DNA from: a virus
Lineage: Duplodnaviria > Caudoviricetes
DNA length: 64,000 bases
Reading direction: 5' to 3' (one strand)
Virus record (IMG/VR): IMGVR_UViG_3300022555_000003
Span: 64,001-128,000 of that record
The position numbers were made by a program, and so were the translations under genes. The notes under the pieces are model-generated. The model was not told the origin of the DNA. It ran no database searches and saw only the letters and a program-made list of their open reading frames with translations. This document shows, in pieces, positions 1 to 12,949 of this stretch (position 1 is its first letter; every line of letters begins with the position of its first letter).

Positions 1-789
1 AAACCAGTTTGTGATGCACATTCGGATATGATTGTAGTTGAACCTGGCATTGGTTATGCTCATGGACACTTTGCCCAATGGCGTATTTATGAATCGTATG
101 CTATCCGATCAGCTATTGGTGGAGCTGAAGCTGTTGGAACTTGCAAAGAAAGTTGGTATCATGTTGTAATTCCAAATTACTTTGATCCCAATGATTTTAC
201 TTACTCAGACAAAAAAGACGATTACTTTCTATTTCTTGGTAGAGTTTATCCAGGTAAAGGTGCTGATGTAGCAATTCAAATTTGCCAAAAGATTGGTGCA
301 AAGATTATTCTTGCTGGTCAAGGACAACTTAGTGATTTTGGATATCACGCAATTCCTGGGCAAGTAGAACATATTGGATATGCTGATATAGATAAAAGAA
401 AAGAATTAATGTCAAAAGCAAAAGGATTTTTTCTTATCTCAATGTATAATGAGCCATTTGGTGGTGCAGCAGTAGAATCAATGTTTAGTGGTACTCCTAT
501 TATTACAAGTGACTGGGGAGTATTCCCTGAGTATAACGTTCAAGGACAAACTGGGTATAGATGCAGAACATTTGAACAATTTTGTTGGGCCGCAAATAAT
601 ATTGGTAACATTAAGCCAATCAATTGCCGTAACTTTGCAATGGATAATTACTCAATGGATCGAATTGGTGAAATGTATGACGAATATTTCACCATGGTAC
701 ACGACGTATATAATGGTAAGGGATGGTACGAAGAACATCCAGAACGCACTAACTTAAATTGGCTAAATAAATATTCAAGATTTGAATAA
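1..789 (+). CDS. Glycosyltransferase family 4 (GT-B), 5'-truncated by window edge
   Basis: Frame open from base 1; FLFLGRVYPGKG, EPFGGAAVESMFSGTPIITSDWG and GQTGY match GT4 C-terminal motifs. Confidence 0.85.
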   Translation, partial: KPVCDAHSDMIVVEPGIGYAHGHFAQWRIYESYAIRSAIGGAEAVGTCKESWYHVVIPNYFDPNDFTYSDKKDDYFLFLGRVYPGKGADVAIQICQKIGAKIILAGQGQLSDFGYHAIPGQVEHIGYADIDKRKELMSKAKGFFLISMYNEPFGGAAVESMFSGTPIITSDWGVFPEYNVQGQTGYRCRTFEQFCWAANNIGNIKPINCRNFAMDNYSMDRIGEMYDEYFTMVHDVYNGKGWYEEHPERTNLNWLNKYSRFE

Positions 790-795
790 GGACAT

Positions 796-1365
796 ATGAA
801 ATTTAATTACGTAGATATTGGAACATGTGATTTTGATACACACTTAACTAACTTACAATCAAACGAAAATATATTATTAGTAGAACCATTATTTTACTAT
901 TTGAAAAATTTACCTGATTTGTCAAATGCTATTAAATGCCCATTTGCGATATCAGATTATGTTGGGTACGATTACATCTATCATATATCTGAACAAGTGG
1001 CTATGTCATATGGTTTACCTGTTTGGGTCAGAGGATGTAATTCATTTGGAAGACCACACCCAACATTACTAACTCAATTTCCTTATGTACAACAAGAAAA
1101 AATTTGGGTTCCGGTTATTACCTTAGAAAAATTATTTGATATATATTCAGTAACTGAAATTGATAATATCAAGATTGATATTGAAGGTAACGATCATATA
1201 ATCTTAAAGCAATTATTACCAATAGTTGATAAGTTAAATATCAAAACTGTTGAATTTGAGTATATTGAATCTTTTGGGAATACAAAAATTTTAGACGAGT
1301 TAATAAAAGAGTTCAACTTTTTTAATTTAGTAATCAATGGTGATAATAGGATCTTATTAAGATGA
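796..1365 (+). CDS. FkbM-like SAM-dependent methyltransferase
   Basis: YVDIGTCDF, LLVEP and IKIDIEGND resemble FkbM family motifs. Confidence 0.7.
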   Translation: MKFNYVDIGTCDFDTHLTNLQSNENILLVEPLFYYLKNLPDLSNAIKCPFAISDYVGYDYIYHISEQVAMSYGLPVWVRGCNSFGRPHPTLLTQFPYVQQEKIWVPVITLEKLFDIYSVTEIDNIKIDIEGNDHIILKQLLPIVDKLNIKTVEFEYIESFGNTKILDELIKEFNFFNLVINGDNRILLR

Positions 1366-2258
1366 AAAGAGCAATATTTTTTATAAACAGAATGTGGGCA
1401 TTTGGAACCATTCATTATGGATTAATGCAAATGCTATTTCAACATGGATTTGATTGTGAAGTATTAGATTGGTCGATCTCTTATCAAGCCGACGAATTTA
1501 ATATGATGATTGATAATACTGATATATTCTTAACTACAACAGATGGAGTTGGTCCATTGATGTCGTATAATGTTCCATTTGAAAAGATATATGCAGTAGG
1601 TCATGGGCAATGGGACTTATTATTAGCAAATAAAGTAATTGGCAAAGATTTTTATAGTAAGTTAGGTGGGTACGGAGTTGTATCAAATATTCTAAAGGCG
1701 AAATCTATAGAATTTGGTATTGAGCGTGTTCCATCTGTTATACCATTTGGTATTAATACAGATAGATTTTATTCAAAAATTTCAAATCAACTTAATGTAG
1801 TTGCAACAGCTGGAGCATATGAATCATATAATTTTGCTGGCGAAGAAATTAAACGTGGTAGATTGACAGAACAAGCAGCACGCGAAGCTGGTTTATTATA
1901 TAAAAATAATAAAAAGTTTCACTACTTAACAATGCCTAGTTTTTACAGATCTGTTGATTGTGTAGTTATGTCGTCGGTTGAAGAAGGCGCTGGACTGCCA
2001 ATGATGGAAGCAGCAGCAGCTGGCAGATTAACAATTGGAACTCCAGTTGGTTATTATGCAGACAATTATCTTGTTAGTGGAGGAATATGTGTTCCAGTAG
2101 AAGCTAATGCATTTGTTACTGAATGCAGACAACAATTAAATTTCTTCAAAAGTTATCCACATGATTATTTCAAACACTGCAAACAGATTCAAGAATATGC
2201 GATGGATAATTATAAATGGACAAAATTTATTGATAAATGGATTAATTTTTTATCATGA
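1362..2258 (+). CDS. GT4-like glycosyltransferase
   Basis: FYRSVDCVVMSSVEEGAGLPMMEAAAAGRLTIGTPVG is a GT-B nucleotide-sugar binding signature. Confidence 0.8.
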   Translation: MKRAIFFINRMWAFGTIHYGLMQMLFQHGFDCEVLDWSISYQADEFNMMIDNTDIFLTTTDGVGPLMSYNVPFEKIYAVGHGQWDLLLANKVIGKDFYSKLGGYGVVSNILKAKSIEFGIERVPSVIPFGINTDRFYSKISNQLNVVATAGAYESYNFAGEEIKRGRLTEQAAREAGLLYKNNKKFHYLTMPSFYRSVDCVVMSSVEEGAGLPMMEAAAAGRLTIGTPVGYYADNYLVSGGICVPVEANAFVTECRQQLNFFKSYPHDYFKHCKQIQEYAMDNYKWTKFIDKWINFLS

Positions 2259-2764
2259 TGAATATAGAAAGATTTAATCAGATAGTAAAGAGCATAGAAG
2301 ATAATAATTTAACTATGGTTCTTATGAAACAAAGTGGTGTATTTAATAAACAATCTGATAGTAAACTATTTGATCTAACTACAAAAGAAAGAATACCGTT
2401 TTTTGTAATCAGTTCTGATGAACCCGTTGATGAAAGTTGGGTTTACTTTTTTGAGAAGAACAACAAAACATATGTTAAGAAAGTAGATAAGCAAACACTA
2501 ATTGATGATTTCTATTTGAATATACAAATGCCTTCTATAACTCAACTAGCAAAAAATGTAGTAAGTCAAGCTGTAGATACTGTTAAAACAGCAGTTACAA
2601 CTGGTCAGGTTTTTACTCCATTTGAAGATTTAACCAATAGACTCAAAGTATGCAACCAATGTGAGTTTTTAGTTGAAAAACGTTGTATTAAATGTGGTTG
2701 TTTTATGGAATATAAAGCAAAATTAATTTCTGCGAGTTGTCCGATTGGCCTTTGGCATAAATAG
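2255..2764 (+). CDS. Hypothetical protein with C-terminal Cys cluster (probable Zn-binding)
   Basis: RLKVCNQC..RCIKCGCFM..K...SCPIGLW. Confidence 0.6.
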   Translation: MMNIERFNQIVKSIEDNNLTMVLMKQSGVFNKQSDSKLFDLTTKERIPFFVISSDEPVDESWVYFFEKNNKTYVKKVDKQTLIDDFYLNIQMPSITQLAKNVVSQAVDTVKTAVTTGQVFTPFEDLTNRLKVCNQCEFLVEKRCIKCGCFMEYKAKLISASCPIGLWHK

Positions 2765-2768
2765 TTGT

Positions 2769-3212
2769 ATGCGATTTAAAGAATTTGAAGTTATAATACA
2801 TGGTGAATTTGAGACAGCTGAAGACGAATTAGATCTCAGAGGAACTTTCTCTAGACAGTTAGGAGTTTCTCAACAGCCACAAATTCCTCCTGTAGTTACC
2901 CAAGTTATTGCAAAAGAACCCGAATCAGAAGAACAAACTATTCAAGATATTGAAAATGGAGATGCCAAATGGGCTCCGCCATTGCAACAACAGTTAGATG
3001 CATTAAAACAAAGTGTTAATACTCCAACTATTATAGCTGCGAAAGAACCAATGATGGAAATGTGTAAAAAATGTGGGCATTTAATATTTGATAACATGAT
3101 ATCTGAAGGAAAACAAACGCAACTACAAGAAACATGGTCTAATATAGCTAAAAAATATACACACGGTTTAGAAAAATGTAAATCAAATTGTGAACCATTT
3201 AAGAATATATAA
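2769..3212 (+). CDS. Hypothetical late protein
   Basis: ATAAATA 5 nt before the ATG at 2769; N-terminus MRFKEF; start adjusted from ORF track. Confidence 0.55.
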   Translation: MRFKEFEVIIHGEFETAEDELDLRGTFSRQLGVSQQPQIPPVVTQVIAKEPESEEQTIQDIENGDAKWAPPLQQQLDALKQSVNTPTIIAAKEPMMEMCKKCGHLIFDNMISEGKQTQLQETWSNIAKKYTHGLEKCKSNCEPFKNI

Positions 3213-3214
3213 TA

Positions 3215-5833
<2,619 letters not shown>

Positions 5834-5896
5834 AGGAGACTATTGTGTCATATTTTCCAACAATAAACATTAATCTATTAGAGGATAAATATTAAC

Positions 5897-6328
5897 ATGG
5901 CACTTAACTTCCCCAATTCTCCAACTCTAGGACAAGTATATACTTCAGGATTATTTTCGTGGGCATGGGATGGGACAGTATGGGCTTCTAATACCAGCAC
6001 AGTTTCAGGAGCAACTGGATTTACTGGTGCAACCGGTCCAATGTATCCAAGGACAACTACAGCAATAACTGGTGCAACTGGATTAATTCCAAGTAATGAT
6101 GTTGCACTTGTTGATTGTACACTTGGACCAGTTACATTGTCGTTGCCGCCAGTCGCAACAAGTACAAATGCAGTTCTTACTATTAAAAAAATTGATGGAA
6201 CTACGAATAATTTAACAGTAAAAGGAAATGGATCAGAATTAATTGATGGTAGTAATAAGCAAATAATTAGTTATCAATGGAGTAGTATTACAGTTATATG
6301 TAATGGTTCAAAATGGTTCATGGTATAA
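5897..6328 (+). CDS. Short tail-fibre-like virion protein
   Basis: N-terminus LNFPNSPTLGQVY..WAWDGTVW; short GAT tract; C-terminal domain paralogous to the end of 3215-5833. Confidence 0.65.
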   Translation: MALNFPNSPTLGQVYTSGLFSWAWDGTVWASNTSTVSGATGFTGATGPMYPRTTTAITGATGLIPSNDVALVDCTLGPVTLSLPPVATSTNAVLTIKKIDGTTNNLTVKGNGSELIDGSNKQIISYQWSSITVICNGSKWFMV

Positions 6329-6337
6329 GGAAAATAA

Positions 6338-7564
6338 ATGGCATACTTTAATCAAACACAAGCAAATTTTAATCAATCTAATATGTCAGCTTTTGGAACT
6401 CTTGAAACTGCTGAACTAACTCCAGTTATACAAGGTGATTTCGTTTATGGATTAAATTCTCAACTATGGAATACTGGTGTAGTTTCTGGTACTGGTGCAA
6501 CTGTTGATACTAATGTTAATCGATTACGTATTCAAAGTGGGACTGTATCAACAAATTATGCTTATATAACATCTAGAAGAATTATTAGATATAGAGCTGG
6601 TCAAGGAACATTAATACGATTTACACCATTATTTACAACAGGTGTAGCAAACAATGATCAATTCTGGGGAGTTGGTACTGTAGCAAGTAATGCTATTTTT
6701 GATGGCTATTTCTTTGGATATCACGGAACATCATTTGGTATTGGCTATTACAATTCAGGTGCTGCTATTAACTTTACAGCTCAAGCTTCTTGGAATGTAG
6801 ATCCAATGAATGGTACTGGTCCTTCTGGACTTACTTTAGATCCAACTAAAGGTTCTCCAGTAATGATTAAATATCCATACTTGGGTTATGGATCTATATT
6901 CTTTTTTGTTGAAACTCCGTCGGGCATATGGGCTCTTGTTCATACAATTCAATATCCAAATACATCAACTGCTACACAATTAAGTAACCCATCTATGCAA
7001 TTTATTGGATTTACTGCAAATAGTGGAAATACAACAAATGTCACTATGTATTGCGCTAGTGTAGGTGCTTTTGTTTGCGGTGAAAGAAATTTTATTGGAA
7101 ATCCTAAGTGGGCAATAGATAATAATAAAGCCGGTATTTCAACTACTGAAACATGTATTTTAAATTTGCAGAATTGCACTACATATAATACTAAAGTTAA
7201 TAGAGGTTTAGTTAGACTTCAGTCGCTATCCTTGGCAACTCCTACAAATAACACATTAATTACTCTTCGACTAAGAATTGGTGCAACTATAGGTGGATCT
7301 CCTTCATATACTGCAATAAGTGGAACTGGAGGCGGAGCAACAATTACTTCTAGTAACTCAATTGTGTCATTTGATACTGCTGGAACAACTGCTACTGCTG
7401 GAACTTATATTTTTGCTATGCAATCAGGAGCTCAAGGTTCTCCCGTTCTAGATTTAGCTACCTTTAATATAATTATTGCACCTGGAGAAATTTTAACCAT
7501 GAGTGCAATGGCTTCAGCAAGTTCAACAGTTGGTATTTCTGTTACTTGGACAGAAGATATTTAA
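6338..7564 (+). CDS. Putative virion structural protein (Thr/Gly/Ser-rich, beta-rich)
   Basis: 408-aa ORF next to fibre genes; composition only. Confidence 0.5.
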   Translation: MAYFNQTQANFNQSNMSAFGTLETAELTPVIQGDFVYGLNSQLWNTGVVSGTGATVDTNVNRLRIQSGTVSTNYAYITSRRIIRYRAGQGTLIRFTPLFTTGVANNDQFWGVGTVASNAIFDGYFFGYHGTSFGIGYYNSGAAINFTAQASWNVDPMNGTGPSGLTLDPTKGSPVMIKYPYLGYGSIFFFVETPSGIWALVHTIQYPNTSTATQLSNPSMQFIGFTANSGNTTNVTMYCASVGAFVCGERNFIGNPKWAIDNNKAGISTTETCILNLQNCTTYNTKVNRGLVRLQSLSLATPTNNTLITLRLRIGATIGGSPSYTAISGTGGGATITSSNSIVSFDTAGTTATAGTYIFAMQSGAQGSPVLDLATFNIIIAPGEILTMSAMASASSTVGISVTWTEDI

Positions 7565-7609
7565 TTTGAAATATACTATTAGTCTGTGCTATAATTAAAT
7601 ATAGTATAG

Positions 7610-9007
7610 ATGGAATACACAAATTCAGTCCAACAGTTATTTTTAGAGTTCATAATTCAAGACCCCGAATTGTTTGTTAGAATCAGCAATATTTATAACC
7701 CAGAAAATTTTAATAAAGGGTTAAGAAAAGTTGCATCTCTAATTAAAGACCATTCTCAAGAACATGATACTCTGCCAGATAAATCACAAATCAAAGCAAT
7801 CACTGGGTTTGACTTACAAGAAATTCCAGATTTAAATTCAGGCCATATTGATTGGTTTATGGATGAGTTTGAAAAATTCACTAAACGGCAAGAACTCGAA
7901 CGTGCTATCTTAAAAGCAGCCGACTTACTTGAAAAAGGTGATTATGGACCAGTTGAAAAATTAATTACAGATGCTGTTCAAATTAGTTTAACAAGAGATC
8001 TTGGTACTGATTATTTCGCTGATCCAAAAGCTAGATTGTTGCAAATTAGAAGTCAAAATGGACAGTTTAGTACTGGTTGGAAACAGTTAGATGAAGCAAT
8101 TTTTGGTGGATTTAATAGAAAAGAATTAGAAGTTATCATGGGAGTAAGTGGGTCTGGCAAATCTCTTGTATTAGGTAATCTAGCTGTAAATTGGATTTTA
8201 GCTAATTTAAATGGTTTTATTATCACTCTAGAATTATCTGAAGAATTATGCGCAATGCGTCTTGATGCCATGATGATCAGTAAATCAACTAAAGAACTAT
8301 ATAAAGATTTAGATGATACTGAACTAAAGATTAAAATGCTTGGTAAAAGATGCGGCCAATTATGTATTAAATATCTTCCTACCCAAAGCACAACTAATGA
8401 TATCAGAGCTTATATTAAAGAAATTCAAATTAAAACTGGAATGAAACCAGATTTTGTCATTGTTGATTATTTAGATTTGATGATGCCATCAACAGCCAAA
8501 ATTAACATGGAAAATGTTTTTATTAAAGATAAAATAGTTTCTGAAGAATTAAGAAATCTTGCAAACGAATTAAATATTGTGATTGTAAGTGCTTCTCAAA
8601 TCGGTCGACAAGGAACCGACGAAGTTGAATTTGGAGTTTCGGACATCAGCGGAGGAGTGAGTAAGATTTTTACTTCCGATAATATTTTAGCAATTTATAC
8701 AAGTAGATCAATGAGAGAACGTGGAAAATATCAACTTCAATTAGTGAAAACTAGAAATTCAACTGGTGTTAATAAGAAAATTGATTTAGATTATGATGTC
8801 AATACTATGCGTATTACAGACAATGGTCCATCTGGAGATGATAATTCTGCAACACCAGCCGCAACTAATATAATGAGCCAAATTAAAAACAAAAGTAGGG
8901 CTATTACTACTGAATCAATCAATAATAATTTGGGAAAAGTCCAAACTGAAGTAAAAGGGAACAAACTAAAAGAAATGTTAGCTGGATTAAAAAAGCATTC
9001 CGATTGA
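7610..9007 (+). CDS. dnaB: DnaB/T4 gp41-like replicative helicase
   Basis: Walker A GVSGSGKS; ITLELSEE; IVDYLDLM; VSASQIGR; KTRNSTG arginine finger region. Confidence 0.9.
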   Translation: MEYTNSVQQLFLEFIIQDPELFVRISNIYNPENFNKGLRKVASLIKDHSQEHDTLPDKSQIKAITGFDLQEIPDLNSGHIDWFMDEFEKFTKRQELERAILKAADLLEKGDYGPVEKLITDAVQISLTRDLGTDYFADPKARLLQIRSQNGQFSTGWKQLDEAIFGGFNRKELEVIMGVSGSGKSLVLGNLAVNWILANLNGFIITLELSEELCAMRLDAMMISKSTKELYKDLDDTELKIKMLGKRCGQLCIKYLPTQSTTNDIRAYIKEIQIKTGMKPDFVIVDYLDLMMPSTAKINMENVFIKDKIVSEELRNLANELNIVIVSASQIGRQGTDEVEFGVSDISGGVSKIFTSDNILAIYTSRSMRERGKYQLQLVKTRNSTGVNKKIDLDYDVNTMRITDNGPSGDDNSATPAATNIMSQIKNKSRAITTESINNNLGKVQTEVKGNKLKEMLAGLKKHSD

Positions 9008-9032
9008 TATTTCCCTGTAGATCTGCTATAAT
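9004..9032 (+). promoter_or_regulatory. Sigma70-like early/middle promoter with extended -10
   Basis: TTGATA-17 nt-TATAAT with TGn before the -10. Confidence 0.65.
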
Positions 9033-9043
9033 TAAAGAGTATA

Positions 9044-9445
9044 ATGCAGATCAAATCAATAGATGGAAACTTATTGAAAACAACTGACTCTAAAACTTTG
9101 GTAAGATCTAATTTGAGTTGGAGTGCGTTGTGCAATGCAAATTTTAAAAATGCAAATTTGAATGGTGCAAATTTAAAAGGATCCAATTTGTTTGGAGCAG
9201 ACTTGAGTGGAGCATCTTTAAAAGGTGCTTGTTTATCTTCTGCAATATTAAACTTTGCAAATTTGGAATGTGCAGATCTTATGAACGCAACTCTGTATAA
9301 TGCAGATTTGCGAAGTTCAAATTTAATTGGAATAAATTTTGAAAATGTAAAAGTAGATTCATTTACACGAATCGATTCAACAACACTACTTGATCAAAAT
9401 CAACTTACATATTTGTTACTCAAAGGAGTTAAATATGCAAATTAA
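9044..9445 (+). CDS. Capped pentapeptide-repeat protein, copy 1
   Basis: A(N/D)L-xx repeats between MQIKSIDG and [13 protein letters not shown]. Confidence 0.85.
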   Translation: MQIKSIDGNLLKTTDSKTLVRSNLSWSALCNANFKNANLNGANLKGSNLFGADLSGASLKGACLSSAILNFANLECADLMNATLYNADLRSSNLIGINFENVKVDSFTRIDSTTLLDQNQLTYLLLKGVKYAN

Positions 9446-9656
9446 AAACTTAAAAGGTCAATTAATACAACCAAACAAATATGAAACATTGTCTGGTATA
9501 AATTTGCGTTATTCCGACTTGCATGGTGCAGACTTGCGTGGTGCAAACTTACAAAATATCAAATTAAATAAAGATACTTTCATAAACGAAACAACATTAA
9601 TAGACGCAGAACAGCTTACATATTTAATACTCAAAGGACTCACATATGCAAATTAA
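9435..9656 (+). CDS. Capped pentapeptide-repeat protein, copy 2 (shortest)
   Basis: True start MQIKNLKG at 9435 after AAAGGAG; ends IDAEQLTYLILKG. Confidence 0.8.
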   Translation: MQIKNLKGQLIQPNKYETLSGINLRYSDLHGADLRGANLQNIKLNKDTFINETTLIDAEQLTYLILKGLTYAN

Positions 9657-10086
9657 AAACTTAGAAGGTCAAGTATTAAGTAATGTGTATTCTAAAAAAT
9701 TGTGTTGGTTAGACTTGTGTTATATAAATTTATGTGGTGCTGAATTATCTTGTCAGAATTTACACGATTCGAGATGTAAGAATACAAATTTTAGTTATGC
9801 AAATTTAAGCTTTACTATGTTACATGCTATAGAAGGAGAAGGTGCAAATTTTGCTTATGCAGATCTGCATAATGCAGATTTAAGACTGTCAAATTTGAAA
9901 AAAGCAAACTTTATTAATGCTAACTTATCTAATGCAGATTTACGAAATACAGATTTACGTGGTGCAGATTTTCGTGGTGCTAATTTAGAAAATGTAAAAA
10001 TAGACGCGAACATAAGTATTGATTCTTCAACATTATTTGATGAGGAACAATTAACATACTTAATTTTGAGAGGACTTATATTATGA
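9646..10086 (+). CDS. Capped pentapeptide-repeat protein, copy 3
   Basis: MQIKNLEG...ANLSNADLRNTDLRGADFRG...FDEEQLTYLILRG. Confidence 0.85.
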   Translation: MQIKNLEGQVLSNVYSKKLCWLDLCYINLCGAELSCQNLHDSRCKNTNFSYANLSFTMLHAIEGEGANFAYADLHNADLRLSNLKKANFINANLSNADLRNTDLRGADFRGANLENVKIDANISIDSSTLFDEEQLTYLILRGLIL

Positions 10087-10376
10087 CAGATAGAATATTT
10101 ATTATTATGTGGGATTTGACTGGGTTAGAGTGTGTTGTTGATATAACAGAAGACGAAAAAACTATCGTTTTTGAAACATTACAAGATAAATTTGAATGTT
10201 CTGTCAAGCTAAACCATATGATCGCGATGATGTTGGTGCGTGCAAGAGTAAATTCACATCGCAATTATGAAATATATACATTACAAACATCAAATATTTC
10301 AAAAGAAGATCTAGAAGGATTGTTTGAAGATGAACCTCAAATGATTGTCAACTTAATACGTGAAAAAAATATATAA
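10083..10376 (+). CDS. Hypothetical protein
   Basis: ORF coupled by ATGA overlap to the previous gene. Confidence 0.55.
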   Translation: MTDRIFIIMWDLTGLECVVDITEDEKTIVFETLQDKFECSVKLNHMIAMMLVRARVNSHRNYEIYTLQTSNISKEDLEGLFEDEPQMIVNLIREKNI

Positions 10377-10491
10377 GAAAGCATCACAAATGGAACAAAA
10401 AATTTTTTAACTAGTTCTGAGGCAAGTCCGCATCTCCTTATTAAGGATGCGGTAGTTCACTGGATAAATATTGTTTGAGGAGTAACAACCA

Positions 10492-10875
10492 TTGCAAAAT
10501 CTTGACCACAAACATATTCTAGTAACTGCTTCTGTAAAGAATCCACCTAGATCAGAAGAATTCATTATAGATTGGCTTAGACGATTGATAGCAGCAGTTG
10601 ACATGAAAATAGTTTCTGGTCCATACGCTAAATATGTTACAACTGCTGGGAATGAAGGATTGACTGCTATAGTTTCAATTGAAACTTCGCATTCTTCAAT
10701 TCATGTCTGGAGTGAAGAAGAAATTCCATTTATAAAATTTGATTTATACTCTTGTAAAACATTTGATCCTAGTGTTCCACTAAGTTTTATTAATGAATTT
10801 GAGCCACATTCGTTTGAATGGATATTACTTGATCGAAATAGTGGAATTAATGAAATTGCTCGGGGAAAAGGATAA
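10492..10875 (+). CDS. speD: Pyruvoyl-dependent S-adenosylmethionine decarboxylase-like proenzyme
   Basis: GLTAIVSIETSHSSIHVW..E...FDLYSCK matches the SpeD/SpeH self-cleavage region. Confidence 0.75.
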   Translation: MQNLDHKHILVTASVKNPPRSEEFIIDWLRRLIAAVDMKIVSGPYAKYVTTAGNEGLTAIVSIETSHSSIHVWSEEEIPFIKFDLYSCKTFDPSVPLSFINEFEPHSFEWILLDRNSGINEIARGKG

Positions 10876-10889
10876 ATACTAATAACAAG

Positions 10890-11138
10890 GTGAGTATTTT
10901 GAAGATATCTACGAGAACTATTTTAGAAGAAATAATTTCCGGTTTACCTGAGCACAACAGAAATTTATTAGTTGAATCACGCGGCAATCATATTATTGTT
11001 GGTGCTTTGAATTTCCTCAACAGTGTTAAGGAATCATACGGCGAACAAATTGCTGAAGAAATAGAACGTAGATTATTATCGAGTATTAAAAACAAAGACC
11101 CACAAAAATTCACTAGGGCAACTAAAAAAATTCTTTAA
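10890..11138 (+). CDS. Hypothetical protein
   Basis: GTG start with AAGG RBS after late-type ATAAATA at 10872. Confidence 0.55.
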   Translation: MSILKISTRTILEEIISGLPEHNRNLLVESRGNHIIVGALNFLNSVKESYGEQIAEEIERRLLSSIKNKDPQKFTRATKKIL

Positions 11139-11204
11139 TCACATACTTTTTGAATAGAAAAGATAAATAATAGTATAGCGTAAGCTAAAAGGAGATTTAA
11201 TAAA

Positions 11205-11600
11205 ATGGCTGAAGTAACCCGCGTACACGGTGGTGTTGGTATAGAAGGCGTAATTAATGGTTTAGCTGGTGCACAAGTTGGAGCATCTGTAAAGTTTTTA
11301 CTAGTAACAGTAAAAGAAGTTGGGACAGCCGCTCGCGATCTGCGTCCAGAAATGGCAGCAGGATTGGAGGGCGGTCTTGGACTAGCGGTAGAAGCAATTT
11401 TCCGCGTTTGCCCTCCAATCCTTGCATATTCTGTAGTTGATGATGCATCAGGTGTTATCAATCTAGTTGTTGACGGCCACGCTGTAACATATGATGCAGT
11501 TCAAGCTAATATTCGTGCGTTAGGCACAGTAGTTGGAGCTAATTCAATGGACGTTAGCGGAACAACTGTAGCAGAAGGCACAGTATTCGTAGTTGCGTAA
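11205..11600 (+). CDS. Hypothetical late (probably virion) protein
   Basis: ATAAATA at 11163, AAGGAG RBS, followed by a terminator-like hairpin. Confidence 0.55.
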   Translation: MAEVTRVHGGVGIEGVINGLAGAQVGASVKFLLVTVKEVGTAARDLRPEMAAGLEGGLGLAVEAIFRVCPPILAYSVVDDASGVINLVVDGHAVTYDAVQANIRALGTVVGANSMDVSGTTVAEGTVFVVA

Positions 11601-11618
11601 TATTTAAAGTATAAAAAG

Positions 11619-11656
11619 ATAGGACTATCGATATGTAAGTAGATGGTCCTATTTTC
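11619..11656 (+). terminator. Intrinsic terminator-like hairpin
   Basis: ATAGGACTATC / GATGGTCCTAT stem followed by TTT. Confidence 0.65.
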
Positions 11657-11699
11657 ATGAGTACCAACTCAGTAAATTATCTTTTGGATAAATACTTAT

Positions 11700-12137
<438 letters not shown>

Positions 12138-12150
12138 GTTATAAATTATT

Positions 12151-12939
12151 ATGTTAACACTTACAGCAACTAATACATTTAGTGGGGTAGCAGGGACCAC
12201 AACAGCTATTACTTATAGCATTTTTGGAATGACATTAAAAGATGGAGTAGAAACCTTTGGTGTTCTTGCACAAGGTCAGCTTAACACGTCAGCAGCAGTA
12301 TTATACACAGTTCCTGCTTCTACTTCTACTTTTATCAAAGAAGTTCATTTAGCTAATACAACAAGTAATAATGTTTCTGGTATAGTTCTTTATATAAATG
12401 GAACTGATTATATTAATCAAATTTCTGGAACTTTTAGTATTCCATCAAACGGTTCAGCAACATTAGATAGTAATGGCCGGCTTGTAGTTTGTGATTCAAA
12501 TGGTAGCACATTACAGTCAATAGCTAGCCAAACAGCAACCAATTTAACTGGAACACCAATACTTCCTAATGGAACTATGGCTGTAACTCAATTAGCTGCT
12601 GATTCTTCGACAAAATTAGCTACCACAGCTTATACTGATGCAGCAGTTACAGCATATAGTGTATCGCATTCTACAATTTATCAAATAACAGTTGATTTTG
12701 GAATAAAACCTATTAAAAGTGGGAATTTTACTATTACTGGTTCTGGATGGACAAAAGGAAAACAAGTATTAGTTGTTATGGCACCAAATAGACAAGGAAG
12801 TTTATTATATGATTCTATAGAGTTTGATCAAATAATTGCTACTGGAATTGTAATAAATAGTACAACAATAGAAGTACATTGGGGGAGCAGAACTTGGGTC
12901 TGCAATCAGTACACATTTAATTATTGGTTAGGAAATTAA
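12151..12939 (+). CDS. Putative tail/fibre-associated structural protein
   Basis: DSSTKLATTAY motif typical of phage fibre proteins; Thr/Ser-rich. Confidence 0.55.
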   Translation: MLTLTATNTFSGVAGTTTAITYSIFGMTLKDGVETFGVLAQGQLNTSAAVLYTVPASTSTFIKEVHLANTTSNNVSGIVLYINGTDYINQISGTFSIPSNGSATLDSNGRLVVCDSNGSTLQSIASQTATNLTGTPILPNGTMAVTQLAADSSTKLATTAYTDAAVTAYSVSHSTIYQITVDFGIKPIKSGNFTITGSGWTKGKQVLVVMAPNRQGSLLYDSIEFDQIIATGIVINSTTIEVHWGSRTWVCNQYTFNYWLGN

Positions 12940-12949
12940 GGAAAATAAA

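Noticed and set aside
9044-10086. Calling the pentapeptide proteins Qnr/MfpA resistance genes
   Set aside because: Only the generic repeat is shared; they are shorter and have their own caps, so no resistance function can be claimed
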